Both the position numbers and the translations under genes were made by a program. Below, piece after piece: positions 10,031 through 19,416 of a DNA stretch of 64,000 nt. Position 1 is the first letter of the stretch; each line of letters starts with the position of its first letter. Location of the stretch: NCBI GenBank assembly GCA_902607475.1, contig CACLKH010000003.1:521-64520 (forward strand), written 5' to 3'. Below the pieces are notes generated by a model. That model saw only the letters and a list, made by a program, of their open reading frames with translations, searched no databases and was not told the DNA's origin. The DNA is from an uncultured Alphaproteobacteria bacterium (GTDB taxonomy: Bacteria; Pseudomonadota; Alphaproteobacteria; GCA-002720895).

Positions 10031-11425
10031 ATGGAAAATTATTCAATACTTGCATATTTAATTTCAGGAATTTTTTTTATCCTAGCTCTTAGAGGCTTGT
10101 CTTCACCGGAAACTGCTAGAAGAGGAAATATTTATGGTATTTCAGGAATGATAATAGCAATTATTACAACATTATTTCTTCCTGGAATAGAAAGTTATGC
10201 TTTGATAGCCGTTGGCATTTTAATTGGCGGAACTATTGGAGCATCCATTGCTCTAAAAATTCAAATGACAGCACTTCCACAATTAATAGCAGCATTTCAT
10301 AGTTTAGTTGGTTTAGCAGCAGTAATGGTGGCAGGTGCAGCTTTTCATAATCCTAGCGCGTATGGAATTGGTGATCCAGGAAGTATCCCAGTTGTAAGTT
10401 TAATTGAAATGAGTTTAGGCTCTGCTATAGGAGCAATAACTTTTTCTGGTTCGGTAATTGCATTTGGAAAGTTACAAGGAATTATGTCTGGTAATCCTAT
10501 AACTTTTAAATTTCAGCATTTTTTAAACGCTATCCTTGGAATAACTTTAATATCTATAGTTGTTTTATTTTGTTTAGAACAAACACAAAACTTTTTTTGG
10601 GGATTAACAATTCTTGCATTTATTATTGGTTTTTTAATTATTATACCAATTGGAGCAGCGGATATGCCAGTTGTTGTCTCCATGCTTAATTCTTATTCTG
10701 GATGGGCTGCTTGTGGTATTGGATTTACTCTATCTAATAATCTATTAATTATAACAGGCGCATTAGTTGGATCATCTGGCGCAATACTTAGTTATATAAT
10801 GTGTAAAGGAATGAACAGATCTTTTATAAGTGTAATTCTAGGAGGGTTTGGAGGAGACGATGTTGCAGCAAAAACTGATAAAGAAGCAGAACAGCGTCCA
10901 GTTAAAAGTGGAGATGCAAATGATGCAGCTTTCATGATGCAAAATGCAGAATCTGTTGTAATCGTTCCAGGTTATGGAATGGCCGTAGCTCAAGCTCAAC
11001 ATGCGTTAAAAGAAATGTGTGACATTCTAAAGAAAAAAAAAGTAAATATAAGATATGCAATTCATCCAGTTGCTGGAAGAATGCCGGGGCACATGAATGT
11101 TTTGTTAGCAGAAGCAAATGTTCCATATGATGAAGTTTTAGAATTGGAGGCAATTAATAGAGATTTTGCATCTACGGATGTTGTTTTTGTAATTGGTGCA
11201 AACGATATTACAAATCCGGCTGCTAAAACAGATCCTCAAAGTCCAATCTACGGTATGCCAATTTTAGAAGTAGAAAACGCAAAATCTGTATTATTTAGTA
11301 AAAGATCTCTAGGAGCTGGTTATGCAGGAGTAGAAAATGAACTTTTCTTTAGAGACAATACAATGATGCTTTTCGGAGATGCAAAAGAAATGTGTGAAAG
11401 CATAATTAATGCTTTAGGTAAGTAG
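10031..11425 (+). CDS. pntB: NAD(P) transhydrogenase subunit beta
   Basis: 464 aa; N-terminal TM helices, then a C-terminal dIII NADP-binding domain VIVPGYGMAVAQAQH...VAGRMPGHMNVLLAEA...GANDITNPAA. Confidence 0.95.
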   Translation: MENYSILAYLISGIFFILALRGLSSPETARRGNIYGISGMIIAIITTLFLPGIESYALIAVGILIGGTIGASIALKIQMTALPQLIAAFHSLVGLAAVMVAGAAFHNPSAYGIGDPGSIPVVSLIEMSLGSAIGAITFSGSVIAFGKLQGIMSGNPITFKFQHFLNAILGITLISIVVLFCLEQTQNFFWGLTILAFIIGFLIIIPIGAADMPVVVSMLNSYSGWAACGIGFTLSNNLLIITGALVGSSGAILSYIMCKGMNRSFISVILGGFGGDDVAAKTDKEAEQRPVKSGDANDAAFMMQNAESVVIVPGYGMAVAQAQHALKEMCDILKKKKVNIRYAIHPVAGRMPGHMNVLLAEANVPYDEVLELEAINRDFASTDVVFVIGANDITNPAAKTDPQSPIYGMPILEVENAKSVLFSKRSLGAGYAGVENELFFRDNTMMLFGDAKEMCESIINALGK

Positions 11426-11541
11426 TTAATATTATTAAATTATTGACAATTTTAACAAAAAGTGAGAACATTCTTTTTAGTATCAATTTGATTATTCTTT
11501 AAGCTTTTTTCTATAAGAATATTAATTGCAGGGTAAATATA

Positions 11542-12288
11542 ATGAATGTAAGAAATTTTATTATTGGGATATCTACAAGTGTATTAATAGCTGGTTCTGT
11601 TAATGCTGAAACGTATAATTTTGATCTTAAAAATGATAATTATTTAAGATTTTATACAGGTTTTAATGATATTCAAGATGTTGATGTGAGTGGAACTGCT
11701 GATATTTTTGATTTTGCTAGTATTAGCGCTGATTTTGCATGGGGCTTTGATCCTGGATGGACAGTAGGTGCACAATATGGCTATCCATTATTTGAGCCAA
11801 GTGTTCCTTTTTTTGGAAATATTAGAGGTGAGGCAGAATTTTCATATTCAAAAGCTTACGCTGATGACATAGATGGAACTGCTACTATAACTTATGCAGA
11901 TGGTTCTACAGCAGCTATAACTGGAAGTGGTACTGTAAATGGAAAAGTTGAGGTTGTAGATATTTATAATAATTTTCTTTGGTTTGATCAAAATACTGAT
12001 TTTAATTCAAATTGGTTTAGCAAGGTATCAATAAGACCATATGCAGGTTTTGGTATAGGGTTTAGTCATATTGAACATTCAATAGAAGATATTGTTGGAG
12101 AAGTTTTAGGTCAGGTAGAAAAAGGTACTGCAATTGGTTATCAATTAATTGTTGGCGCAGATTTTTATTCTTTTAATAATATAACAGGTGGCGCTAGAAT
12201 AGTAGGACGTAGAGTAGATAGTATTAATTCAGGGGTAGATGGATCAGAATCTCTCGGCGGACAACTTACTTTAAGATATAATTTTTAA
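11542..12288 (+). CDS. small outer-membrane beta-barrel protein (OmpW/OmpA-like family)
   Basis: 248 aa; signal peptide ...AGSVNA|ET; alternating aromatic/glycine beta-strand pattern; C-terminal LTLRYNF with terminal Phe. Confidence 0.6.
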   Translation: MNVRNFIIGISTSVLIAGSVNAETYNFDLKNDNYLRFYTGFNDIQDVDVSGTADIFDFASISADFAWGFDPGWTVGAQYGYPLFEPSVPFFGNIRGEAEFSYSKAYADDIDGTATITYADGSTAAITGSGTVNGKVEVVDIYNNFLWFDQNTDFNSNWFSKVSIRPYAGFGIGFSHIEHSIEDIVGEVLGQVEKGTAIGYQLIVGADFYSFNNITGGARIVGRRVDSINSGVDGSESLGGQLTLRYNF

Positions 12289-13215
12289 TTTCTTTTCAAC
12301 CAAATTCCAAAACTTTTTTTCTATTTTAATATTTTTTAAATTATTTATTTCTACAATACCAGTTGGAGAAGTTATATTAATTTCAGTTAAATAATTTCCA
12401 ATAATATCAATTCCAGCAAAAAAAATTCCCTCTTTCTTAAGCCATGGTTTTAATTTTTTACAAATAAATTTATCTCTTCTTGAGAAAGCAGTTTTTTCAG
12501 CTGTTCCTCCTCTACTAAGATTAGCTCTTACCTCATTTTTTTTAGGAACTCTTTTCATTATACCAACTGGGTTTCCATCAAGAAGAATAATTCGTTTGTC
12601 TCCATCTTTGACTTGAGGAATATATTTTTGAACTACAATAGGAAGTTTTTCTTTTTTTAAGGTATTTTTTATTTTTTTATCTAAATTTTTTTCATTCGAA
12701 TTTATTTTAAAAATTCCCTTTCCACCTTTTTCGTAAAGTGGTTTTACAATTAAACTTTTATGTTTTTTTATAAATTTTTTAATTTCTATTTCATCTTGAG
12801 ATATAAGGGTTGAAGGTGTTAAATTTTTAAAATAAGTAACATGTAATTTTTCTGGTGCATCTCTTACACTTTTCGGATTATTTATAATTAATGTTTTAGA
12901 ATTTAAATGCTCTAGCAAATAAGTAGCTGTTATGTAATTAATATTAAAAGGAGGATCTTGTCTTATAAGCAATACATTAATTGTGGATAAATTAATAATA
13001 CGACCTTTTCCTTTTTTGAAAGTATATTTATTTTTTTTCTCTATTTTTAATGAAGATGCATTTGCAAATAATTGATTATCTATAAGTGTTAAATCTTTTG
13101 GTTCATATATAAATATTTTATGACCTCTATTTTGAGCTTCTTTTGCTAGTACTAATGAACTATCAGATTCATGATGGAGCTTATTTAAAGGGTCTATTTG
13201 AATTGCTATTCGCAA
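12271..13215 (-). CDS. gshB: glutathione synthetase (ATP-grasp); probable TTG start at 13213-13215, 2 nt after the upstream stop (the ORF-track ATG at 13269 would overlap the upstream gene by 53 nt)
   Basis: LRIAIQIDPLNKLHHESDSSLVLAKEAQNRGH aligns to the GshB N-terminus (MIKLGIVMDPI...DSSFAML..AQRRG); ATP-grasp C-domain. Confidence 0.85.
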   Translation of the reverse strand: MRIAIQIDPLNKLHHESDSSLVLAKEAQNRGHKIFIYEPKDLTLIDNQLFANASSLKIEKKNKYTFKKGKGRIINLSTINVLLIRQDPPFNINYITATYLLEHLNSKTLIINNPKSVRDAPEKLHVTYFKNLTPSTLISQDEIEIKKFIKKHKSLIVKPLYEKGGKGIFKINSNEKNLDKKIKNTLKKEKLPIVVQKYIPQVKDGDKRIILLDGNPVGIMKRVPKKNEVRANLSRGGTAEKTAFSRRDKFICKKLKPWLKKEGIFFAGIDIIGNYLTEINITSPTGIVEINNLKNIKIEKKFWNLVEKKLKIIS

Positions 13216-13216
13216 T

Positions 13217-13825
13217 TTAACCCTTTTTTTCTTGGAGTTTTCTTTGATATTTTTTGCGTCTAGGATCATCTTTCATTATTACATGACTTACAACTTTTAA
13301 AACACTACCAATAGTATTTGCATGTTTTACAATTTTTTTTAATTCTTTTTTATTTTCTGCAATTCCTATTATGTATAAAATTCCGTTAACAACCTCAAAA
13401 TTGTAATTTATGGATGATATTTCTTTATCAGCAATAACTTTATACCTTATCTGAGTTTTTATCTTTACATCAATTAGATATTGTTTGATACCTCCTTTTT
13501 GGGTTACATCTATTTCATTAATAACCTCTCTCACCCCTAAAACCTTCCATGCTAATTTTACAGCATCTAGCCTGTGCTTCGATTGTTTTACACTTCCTGT
13601 AAGTAAAACTCTTCCTTCTACAACTTCAATTTCAACATTTATGAACATATTGACATTATGATTAAAAAATTCCTTATTTATTCCTGCATCAATCATTCCA
13701 TCACTAATTGCTTCTTTAATACCTTTTTCTTTAACACTAGAAGTTGTTACGTTAACGGCTGCGCAAGAATTCAATAAGATAATTATAGAAATTAATAAAA
13801 GAAAGTTTTTGATTAATATATTCAT
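13217..13825 (-). CDS. dual BON-domain outer-membrane lipoprotein (DolP/YraP-like)
   Basis: 202 aa; lipobox LLNSC; two repeats of the BON pattern (...VEGRVLLTGSV... and ...VVNGILYIIGIAE...). Confidence 0.7.
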   Translation of the reverse strand: MNILIKNFLLLISIIILLNSCAAVNVTTSSVKEKGIKEAISDGMIDAGINKEFFNHNVNMFINVEIEVVEGRVLLTGSVKQSKHRLDAVKLAWKVLGVREVINEIDVTQKGGIKQYLIDVKIKTQIRYKVIADKEISSINYNFEVVNGILYIIGIAENKKELKKIVKHANTIGSVLKVVSHVIMKDDPRRKKYQRKLQEKKG

Positions 13826-13840
13826 AAATTAATTCTTTTA

Positions 13841-14698
13841 TTATCTAATAGTTTTAATTAATTTTGTATAAAAAAATTTTTTTGGTTTTTTGTAAATTAT
13901 AGATAAAAGTTTTGATAAATCTTTTGTACTAAGTTTTTTTTCTATAAATGAAATTATCTTTTTAATTTCATCATCTATATCAGATTTTTCTTTATTTTTT
14001 TCATTTTTTGGAGGTTCTATGATAATTGTTATTTCACCTTTTAGATTATTTTTTATATTTTTAAATTTATTAAGATCTCCTCTATAAAATGTTTCATAAT
14101 ACTTAGTTAATTCTCTTGCAATTACACATCTTCTATTTCCAAAAATTGAAAACATATCAATCAATGTTTCCTTAATACGTTTTGCGCTTTCATAAAAAAT
14201 TAATAAAGAATTAACTTTTTTATATTCGTTTAATGCGTTTATTCTTTTATTTTTTTTATTTGGTAGAAAACCTATAAAAAAAAATTTATCTGAACTTAGT
14301 CCTGAACCAACTAATGAAGCTGTAACAGCACTTGGGCCAGGTATTGGTGTAATATTAATTCCATTATTTATAGCTAAAATAATTAATTTAAGACCAGGAT
14401 CAGATATAATAGGAGTTCCAGCATCACTTACTAATGCAATTGATTTTCCTTCTTTAATTTTTTCAATTAAAAATATTAGTTTTTGTTCTTTAGAATGTTC
14501 ATGAATTGAAATAAGTTTTTTTGATTTAATTTCGTATGAAGACAATAATTTTTTTGTAACACGTGTATCTTCACAACCAATTAAATCACAGTTTTTTAAA
14601 ATTGATAAAGCTCTGACAGTTATATCTTTTAAATTGCCAATTGGAGTTGAAACAATATATAATCCACTTTGTAATGAAATATTGCTAATTTTTAACAT
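13841..14698 (-). CDS. rsmI: 16S rRNA (cytidine1402-2'-O)-methyltransferase
   Basis: 285 aa; MLKISNISLQSGLYIVSTPIGNLKDITVRALSILKNCDLIGCEDTR is a tetrapyrrole-methylase-fold RsmI signature. Confidence 0.9.
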   Translation of the reverse strand: MLKISNISLQSGLYIVSTPIGNLKDITVRALSILKNCDLIGCEDTRVTKKLLSSYEIKSKKLISIHEHSKEQKLIFLIEKIKEGKSIALVSDAGTPIISDPGLKLIILAINNGINITPIPGPSAVTASLVGSGLSSDKFFFIGFLPNKKNKRINALNEYKKVNSLLIFYESAKRIKETLIDMFSIFGNRRCVIARELTKYYETFYRGDLNKFKNIKNNLKGEITIIIEPPKNEKNKEKSDIDDEIKKIISFIEKKLSTKDLSKLLSIIYKKPKKFFYTKLIKTIR

Positions 14699-14716
14699 TA
14701 AATTAAATATAGAAAT

Positions 14717-16111
14717 ATGTTTGTAAAAAAAATCTTTTATAAATTATACCTTAAATTAATTTTTTTTACTTTAGTATTCTTTTTAAGTATTACCAATTTA
14801 GCAACAACCGCTGTATTAACAGAAGAAGAAATTAAATATATTGAGTCAAAAACAAAAGATTTAGATGAAAAAGAAGATGAAGAAGGCGAAGAATACATTG
14901 AATATCAAGATATAAAAAAAGAAAAAAAATTAAAAAAACCCAAGTTTAACTTTTTTGGCGTAATAAAAAAAAAAAAAGAAAAAGAAAATAAAGTTGACAA
15001 AAAAACAGTTTTTAAAAAAACCATAGAGCCTGACAAACTTAAAATTGGTGTTTTATTACCTTTAACCGGCAAATATTCATATATTGGCCAATCATTTCTT
15101 GATACTATGCAAATGGTAGTTTATGAAAATAAAAATATAGATAGTGAATTAATAATTAAAGATACAAAAGCAAATCCTTCTCTTGCAAAAAAAGCAACAA
15201 AAGAATTAGTTGAACAAAATGTTGATGTTATTTTAGGTCCTTTTTTTTCATCAACTTTAAATAAATCCTTAAAAATTGCAAAATATCAAAACGTCCCTTT
15301 AATAGCTTTTTCAAGTGATAGAAATGAAAAAGATGAAGGTGGTTATTTAATGGGTTTCGAGCCAGAGCAACAAATTATAGATGTTACTGAATATACAATA
15401 AAAAAAAATTATAAAAGATTTGCGGCTTTATTGCCCAACTCAAAATACGGTAAGAGAGTTTTAAACACATATAGAAAAGTTTTAAATAAAAATAAATTAT
15501 TACTTAGTAAAGTTGAACTATATGAATTAGGTAGTAATGATATTGAAAAAAATATACAAAATTTAGTAGGTTTAGATAAAAATCCACAAATAGAAATAGA
15601 TGAAGAAACCGGGGAAGATCCAACAGAAGATTTTGACCCAGGATTTGATGTTTTATTGTTAATAGAAACTGGAAACAAATTAAGACAAACTTCTGCCTTG
15701 TTAACATATTATGGAATTGATGTCCAAAAAATTAAATTAATTGGTACTGGAGAATGGTATATAGACAATATAGGTTCAGAACCAGGCTTAGTAGGCGCAT
15801 GGTTTGTTGCTCCAAATCCAAAGTTATGGGAAAATTTTAAAAAAAAATTTTATAAATTTTATAATTATGAACCTATCCGTTTATCTTCATTAGCACACGA
15901 TTCATTAACAACTATATTTTCAATAGTAAGTAAAAATGATGGAATTAATGAATTGAATTATGGAGATTTTCAAAGTTCTTATGGTTTTACAGGTATTGAT
16001 GGTGACTTTAAATTTTTATCAAATGGAACAGTTCAAAGAAAACTTTCTATATTAGAAATTAAACAAGATAGATTTAAAATAGAAAAGATAGCAAAAAAAA
16101 AATCTTTTTAA
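14717..16111 (+). CDS. LpoA/LppC-like periplasmic protein (LIVBP-type binding fold, no TPR domain), divergent from rsmI
   Basis: 464 aa; N-terminal hydrophobic anchor, acidic/K-rich low-complexity segment, then a periplasmic-binding-protein type I fold (KIGVLLPLTGKYSYIGQ...); divergent rsmI/lpoA synteny matches the E. coli yraL/yraM pair. Confidence 0.55.
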   Translation: MFVKKIFYKLYLKLIFFTLVFFLSITNLATTAVLTEEEIKYIESKTKDLDEKEDEEGEEYIEYQDIKKEKKLKKPKFNFFGVIKKKKEKENKVDKKTVFKKTIEPDKLKIGVLLPLTGKYSYIGQSFLDTMQMVVYENKNIDSELIIKDTKANPSLAKKATKELVEQNVDVILGPFFSSTLNKSLKIAKYQNVPLIAFSSDRNEKDEGGYLMGFEPEQQIIDVTEYTIKKNYKRFAALLPNSKYGKRVLNTYRKVLNKNKLLLSKVELYELGSNDIEKNIQNLVGLDKNPQIEIDEETGEDPTEDFDPGFDVLLLIETGNKLRQTSALLTYYGIDVQKIKLIGTGEWYIDNIGSEPGLVGAWFVAPNPKLWENFKKKFYKFYNYEPIRLSSLAHDSLTTIFSIVSKNDGINELNYGDFQSSYGFTGIDGDFKFLSNGTVQRKLSILEIKQDRFKIEKIAKKKSF

Positions 16112-16701
16112 TTAAGAAAATTTAAAAGTTTTTTAAAAGCCATTACTCTATGACTTATATTATTTTTGATTTTATTTGAAAGTTCGCCAAATGTTTTATT
16201 GTATCCTTTAGGAATAAAAATAGAGTCATAGCCAAAACCTAAATTTCCTCTTGGAGGCCAAATTAAATTTCCAAAAATTTTTCCAATAAATATTTTTTCT
16301 TTTTTTTTATTCCATGAAATAGCAAGTACAGATATGTAATAAGCGTTTGTTTTTTTTTTGTATAGGAGATTATTAACTTTCTTCATTGCTCGATCAAAAT
16401 TTTTTTCTTTACCTGCCCATCTAGAAGAAAATATACCCGGTTTTCCTTGAAGGGAAGGTATAACTAAACCTGAATCATCTGCAATTGAAATTTTTTTTGT
16501 TTTGTTATTAACGTAGCGTGATTTTTTTAATGCATTTTCTATAAAATTTGAACCATCTTCTTTAGGTTCTTTAAGTTTAAAATCTTTTGCAAGATATATT
16601 TTAGTATTCAATTTTTTTATAAATGGCAACATTTCTCTAATCTTTCCAGGATTATGACTTGCAATTACAATAGAACTTATTTTTTTTTTATTTTTACTCA
16701 T
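16108..16701 (-). CDS. rdgB: non-canonical purine NTP pyrophosphatase (Ham1/RdgB)
   Basis: 197 aa; IVIASHNPGKIREM...DDSGL...FGYDSIF are Ham1 family motifs. Confidence 0.85.
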   Translation of the reverse strand: MSKNKKKISSIVIASHNPGKIREMLPFIKKLNTKIYLAKDFKLKEPKEDGSNFIENALKKSRYVNNKTKKISIADDSGLVIPSLQGKPGIFSSRWAGKEKNFDRAMKKVNNLLYKKKTNAYYISVLAISWNKKKEKIFIGKIFGNLIWPPRGNLGFGYDSIFIPKGYNKTFGELSNKIKNNISHRVMAFKKLLNFLN

Positions 16702-16726
16702 GGATATTGAACTTTGTGAAAATTAT

Positions 16727-16754
16727 CTTACATACATTTTAATTATAATTACAC
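16727..16754 (+). promoter_or_regulatory. candidate sigma32-type promoter of grpE
   Basis: CTTA(CATAC)-N17-ATTACAC; shares a CTTRTACATAC-like -35 region with the dnaK site; its -10 ends 6 nt before the ATG, so the transcript may be leaderless. Confidence 0.3.
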
Positions 16755-16760
16755 TTTAAA

Positions 16761-17336
16761 ATGGATAAATTAAAAAAAAATAAACTACAAGCCACAGAAT
16801 CTACGAAAAATTTAAATAAAAAACTAAATATTAATAAAAAAGAAAGTTCAAAAATTAATTTAAAAAGTTTACAAAATGAACTTAAAAAAGCTAAAGAAGA
16901 TAATTTACGATATTTAGCAGAAATTGATAATTTATCGAAAAGATTTGAGAGAGAAAGAGAAGATACCTTTAAATATGCTGTAACTGAGTTTGCTAATGAA
17001 ATAATTTTAGTAGCGGATAATTTTGTTCGTGTAATAGAAAATATATCTTTAATTAAAAAAGATGATAAGGATAAAGTAAAACCTTTAATTGAGGGCGTTG
17101 ATCTGATTTTTAAAGATTTTCTTAAAACTTTAGAAAAATTTGAAATTAAACAAATTGATTGTTTAGGTAAAAAATTTGATCCAAATTTTCACCAAGCAGT
17201 ATCTGAAGAGGTAAATAACGATAAAGAAATAGGAGAAATTATAAAAGTTGTTCAAACTGGGTATCTTATTCAAGATAGACTTTTAAGGCCAGCGTCTGTA
17301 GTAGTGGCAAAGAAAGAGGAGAATAAAAAAAAATAA
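16761..17336 (+). CDS. grpE: nucleotide exchange factor GrpE
   Basis: 191 aa; coiled-coil N-terminus and C-terminal GrpE domain (...FDPNFHQAVSEE...VVQTGY); directly upstream of dnaK. Confidence 0.9.
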   Translation: MDKLKKNKLQATESTKNLNKKLNINKKESSKINLKSLQNELKKAKEDNLRYLAEIDNLSKRFEREREDTFKYAVTEFANEIILVADNFVRVIENISLIKKDDKDKVKPLIEGVDLIFKDFLKTLEKFEIKQIDCLGKKFDPNFHQAVSEEVNNDKEIGEIIKVVQTGYLIQDRLLRPASVVVAKKEENKKK

Positions 17337-17353
17337 TTTTTTTTGTTCAAAGG

Positions 17354-17382
17354 CTTGTACATACGAATTAAAATTATTATAT
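17354..17382 (+). promoter_or_regulatory. candidate sigma32 (RpoH)-type promoter of dnaK
   Basis: CTTG-N18-ATTATAT, against the alphaproteobacterial RpoH consensus CTTG-N17/18-CYTATNT; about 40 nt upstream of the dnaK ATG; AAAGG SD-like element at 17406. Confidence 0.4.
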
Positions 17383-17423
17383 AGTTCATCAGTTTGAAAT
17401 ATATGAAAGGTAAATAAAAAAAA

Positions 17424-19376
17424 ATGAGTAAAATAATTGGTATTGATCTTGGCACAACAAATTCTTGCGTAGCTATTATGGATGGAAAAAGTGCAAAAGT
17501 AATTGAAAATACAGAGGGTTCCAGAACCACACCGTCAATGGTTGCATTTTCTAAAGATGGAAAGGAAACGTTAGTTGGGCAATCAGCTAAAAGACAATCT
17601 GTAACAAATCCAGAAAACACTTTATTTGCTGTTAAAAGATTAATAGGTAGACGTGTTGGAGATAAAGAAGTTGAAAAAGATAAAGATTTAGTTCCTTATA
17701 AAATTGTATCAGGCGATAATGGAGATGCTTGGGTTGAAGCTAATGGTAAAAAGTATGCTCCTGCACAAGTAAGTGCTTTTATTTTACAAAAAATGAAAGA
17801 AACAGCTGAAAAACATTTAGGACAAGAAGTAAAAGAAGCCGTTATTACTGTACCAGCTTATTTTAATGATTCCCAAAGGCAAGCAACAAAAAATGCTGGA
17901 AAAATTGCTGGTTTAGAAGTAAAAAGAATTATTAACGAACCAACAGCCGCAGCTTTAGCATACGGGCTTGATAAAAAAGATTCAGGAACAATTGCAGTTT
18001 ATGATTTAGGAGGCGGTACTTTTGATATTTCAATTTTAGAATTAGGAGATGGTGTTTTTGAAGTTAAATCAACTTCAGGCGACACATTTCTTGGAGGAGA
18101 AGATTTTGATAATAGAATCATAGATTATTTGGCAGACGAATTTAAAAAAGAAAATGGAGTAGATTTAAGAGAAGATCCACTTGCAAAACAAAGATTAAAA
18201 GAAGGAGCTGAAAAAGCTAAAATTGAACTTTCAAATTCTTCTCAAACAGAAATTAACTTACCATTTATTACTGCAGATAAATCTGGACCCAAACATTTAA
18301 ATATAAGTTTATCTAGATCTAAATTAGAGTCATTAGTTGAAGATTTAATAGAAAAAACAGTTAAACCCTGTGAAACGGCTATAAAAGATGCAGGTATACA
18401 ACCAAGTGATATTAAAAATGTTATTCTTGTTGGTGGAATGACTAGAATGCCAAAAGTTATAGAAACTGTTAAAAGAATTTTTGGGAAAGAACCTAATAAA
18501 GGGGTTAATCCAGACGAAGTTGTAGCAAGTGGTGCAGCAATTCAAGCCGGTGTATTACAAGGAGATGTAAAAGATGTATTATTATTAGATGTTACCCCAT
18601 TAACTTTGGGTATTGAAACATTGGGTGGTGTTTTTACAAAATTAATTGATAAAAATACAACTATACCGACAAAAAAAAGTCAAATATTTTCAACTGCTGA
18701 AGATAATCAGGCAGCTGTTACAATTAGAGTTTTTCAAGGCGAAAGAGAAATGGCAGGAGATAACAAGATTTTAGGTCAATTCAATCTTGAAAGTATTCCA
18801 CCAGCACCAAGAGGCCTTCCTCAAATTGAAGTAACTTTTGATATTGATGCAAATAGTATTTTAAATGTTTCTGCAAAAGATAAAGGTACTAATAAAGAAC
18901 AAAAAATCACAATTAAAGATTCTGGAGGACTTTCCGAAGAAGAAATAGAAAAAATGGTCAAAGATGCTGAAAAACATGCTGAAAGTGACAAGAAGAAAAA
19001 AGAAGTAGTTGAATTAAAAAACCAAGCCGATTCATTAATTCATGCAACGGAAAAAAGTTTAAAAGAGCATGGTTCAAAAGTTAGTGCAGAAGAAAAGAAA
19101 AAAATTGAAGAAAGTCTAGAAGCACTTAAAAAAGTTAAAGATAGTGATAATAAAGAAGAATTAAAAACAAAAGTTGATGCTTTAACACAAGCTTCAATGA
19201 AGCTTGGAGAAGTGATTTATAAAGAAGCTCAACAAGAAGCGCAAAAACAACAAGCTAAACAAGGAGGAAGTGAAGCACCAAAAGGAAATAAAAAAGGTTC
19301 TAGTAAAAAAGAGGAAAAAGTTGTAGATGCTGAGTTTGAAGAAGTAAATAAAAAAAATAATAAAAAATCAGCCTAA
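17424..19376 (+). CDS. dnaK: molecular chaperone DnaK (Hsp70)
   Basis: 650 aa; [34 protein letters not shown] are Hsp70 signatures. Confidence 0.98.
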   Translation: MSKIIGIDLGTTNSCVAIMDGKSAKVIENTEGSRTTPSMVAFSKDGKETLVGQSAKRQSVTNPENTLFAVKRLIGRRVGDKEVEKDKDLVPYKIVSGDNGDAWVEANGKKYAPAQVSAFILQKMKETAEKHLGQEVKEAVITVPAYFNDSQRQATKNAGKIAGLEVKRIINEPTAAALAYGLDKKDSGTIAVYDLGGGTFDISILELGDGVFEVKSTSGDTFLGGEDFDNRIIDYLADEFKKENGVDLREDPLAKQRLKEGAEKAKIELSNSSQTEINLPFITADKSGPKHLNISLSRSKLESLVEDLIEKTVKPCETAIKDAGIQPSDIKNVILVGGMTRMPKVIETVKRIFGKEPNKGVNPDEVVASGAAIQAGVLQGDVKDVLLLDVTPLTLGIETLGGVFTKLIDKNTTIPTKKSQIFSTAEDNQAAVTIRVFQGEREMAGDNKILGQFNLESIPPAPRGLPQIEVTFDIDANSILNVSAKDKGTNKEQKITIKDSGGLSEEEIEKMVKDAEKHAESDKKKKEVVELKNQADSLIHATEKSLKEHGSKVSAEEKKKIEESLEALKKVKDSDNKEELKTKVDALTQASMKLGEVIYKEAQQEAQKQQAKQGGSEAPKGNKKGSSKKEEKVVDAEFEEVNKKNNKKSA

Positions 19377-19416
19377 CCTCTTCATTTCTTAACATTAAAC
19401 ACTTATATGTTTAAGC

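Noticed and set aside
11426-11541. TTGACA -35-like hexamer upstream of the OMP gene
   Set aside because: No acceptable -10 hexamer lies at 16-18 nt spacing. Isolated TTGACA matches are expected by chance.
19377-19416. Possible attenuator hairpin between dnaK and dnaJ (TTAAAC...GTTTAA)
   Set aside because: The 6-bp AT-only stem with an 8-nt loop is not followed by a U-tract. It is too weak to call.
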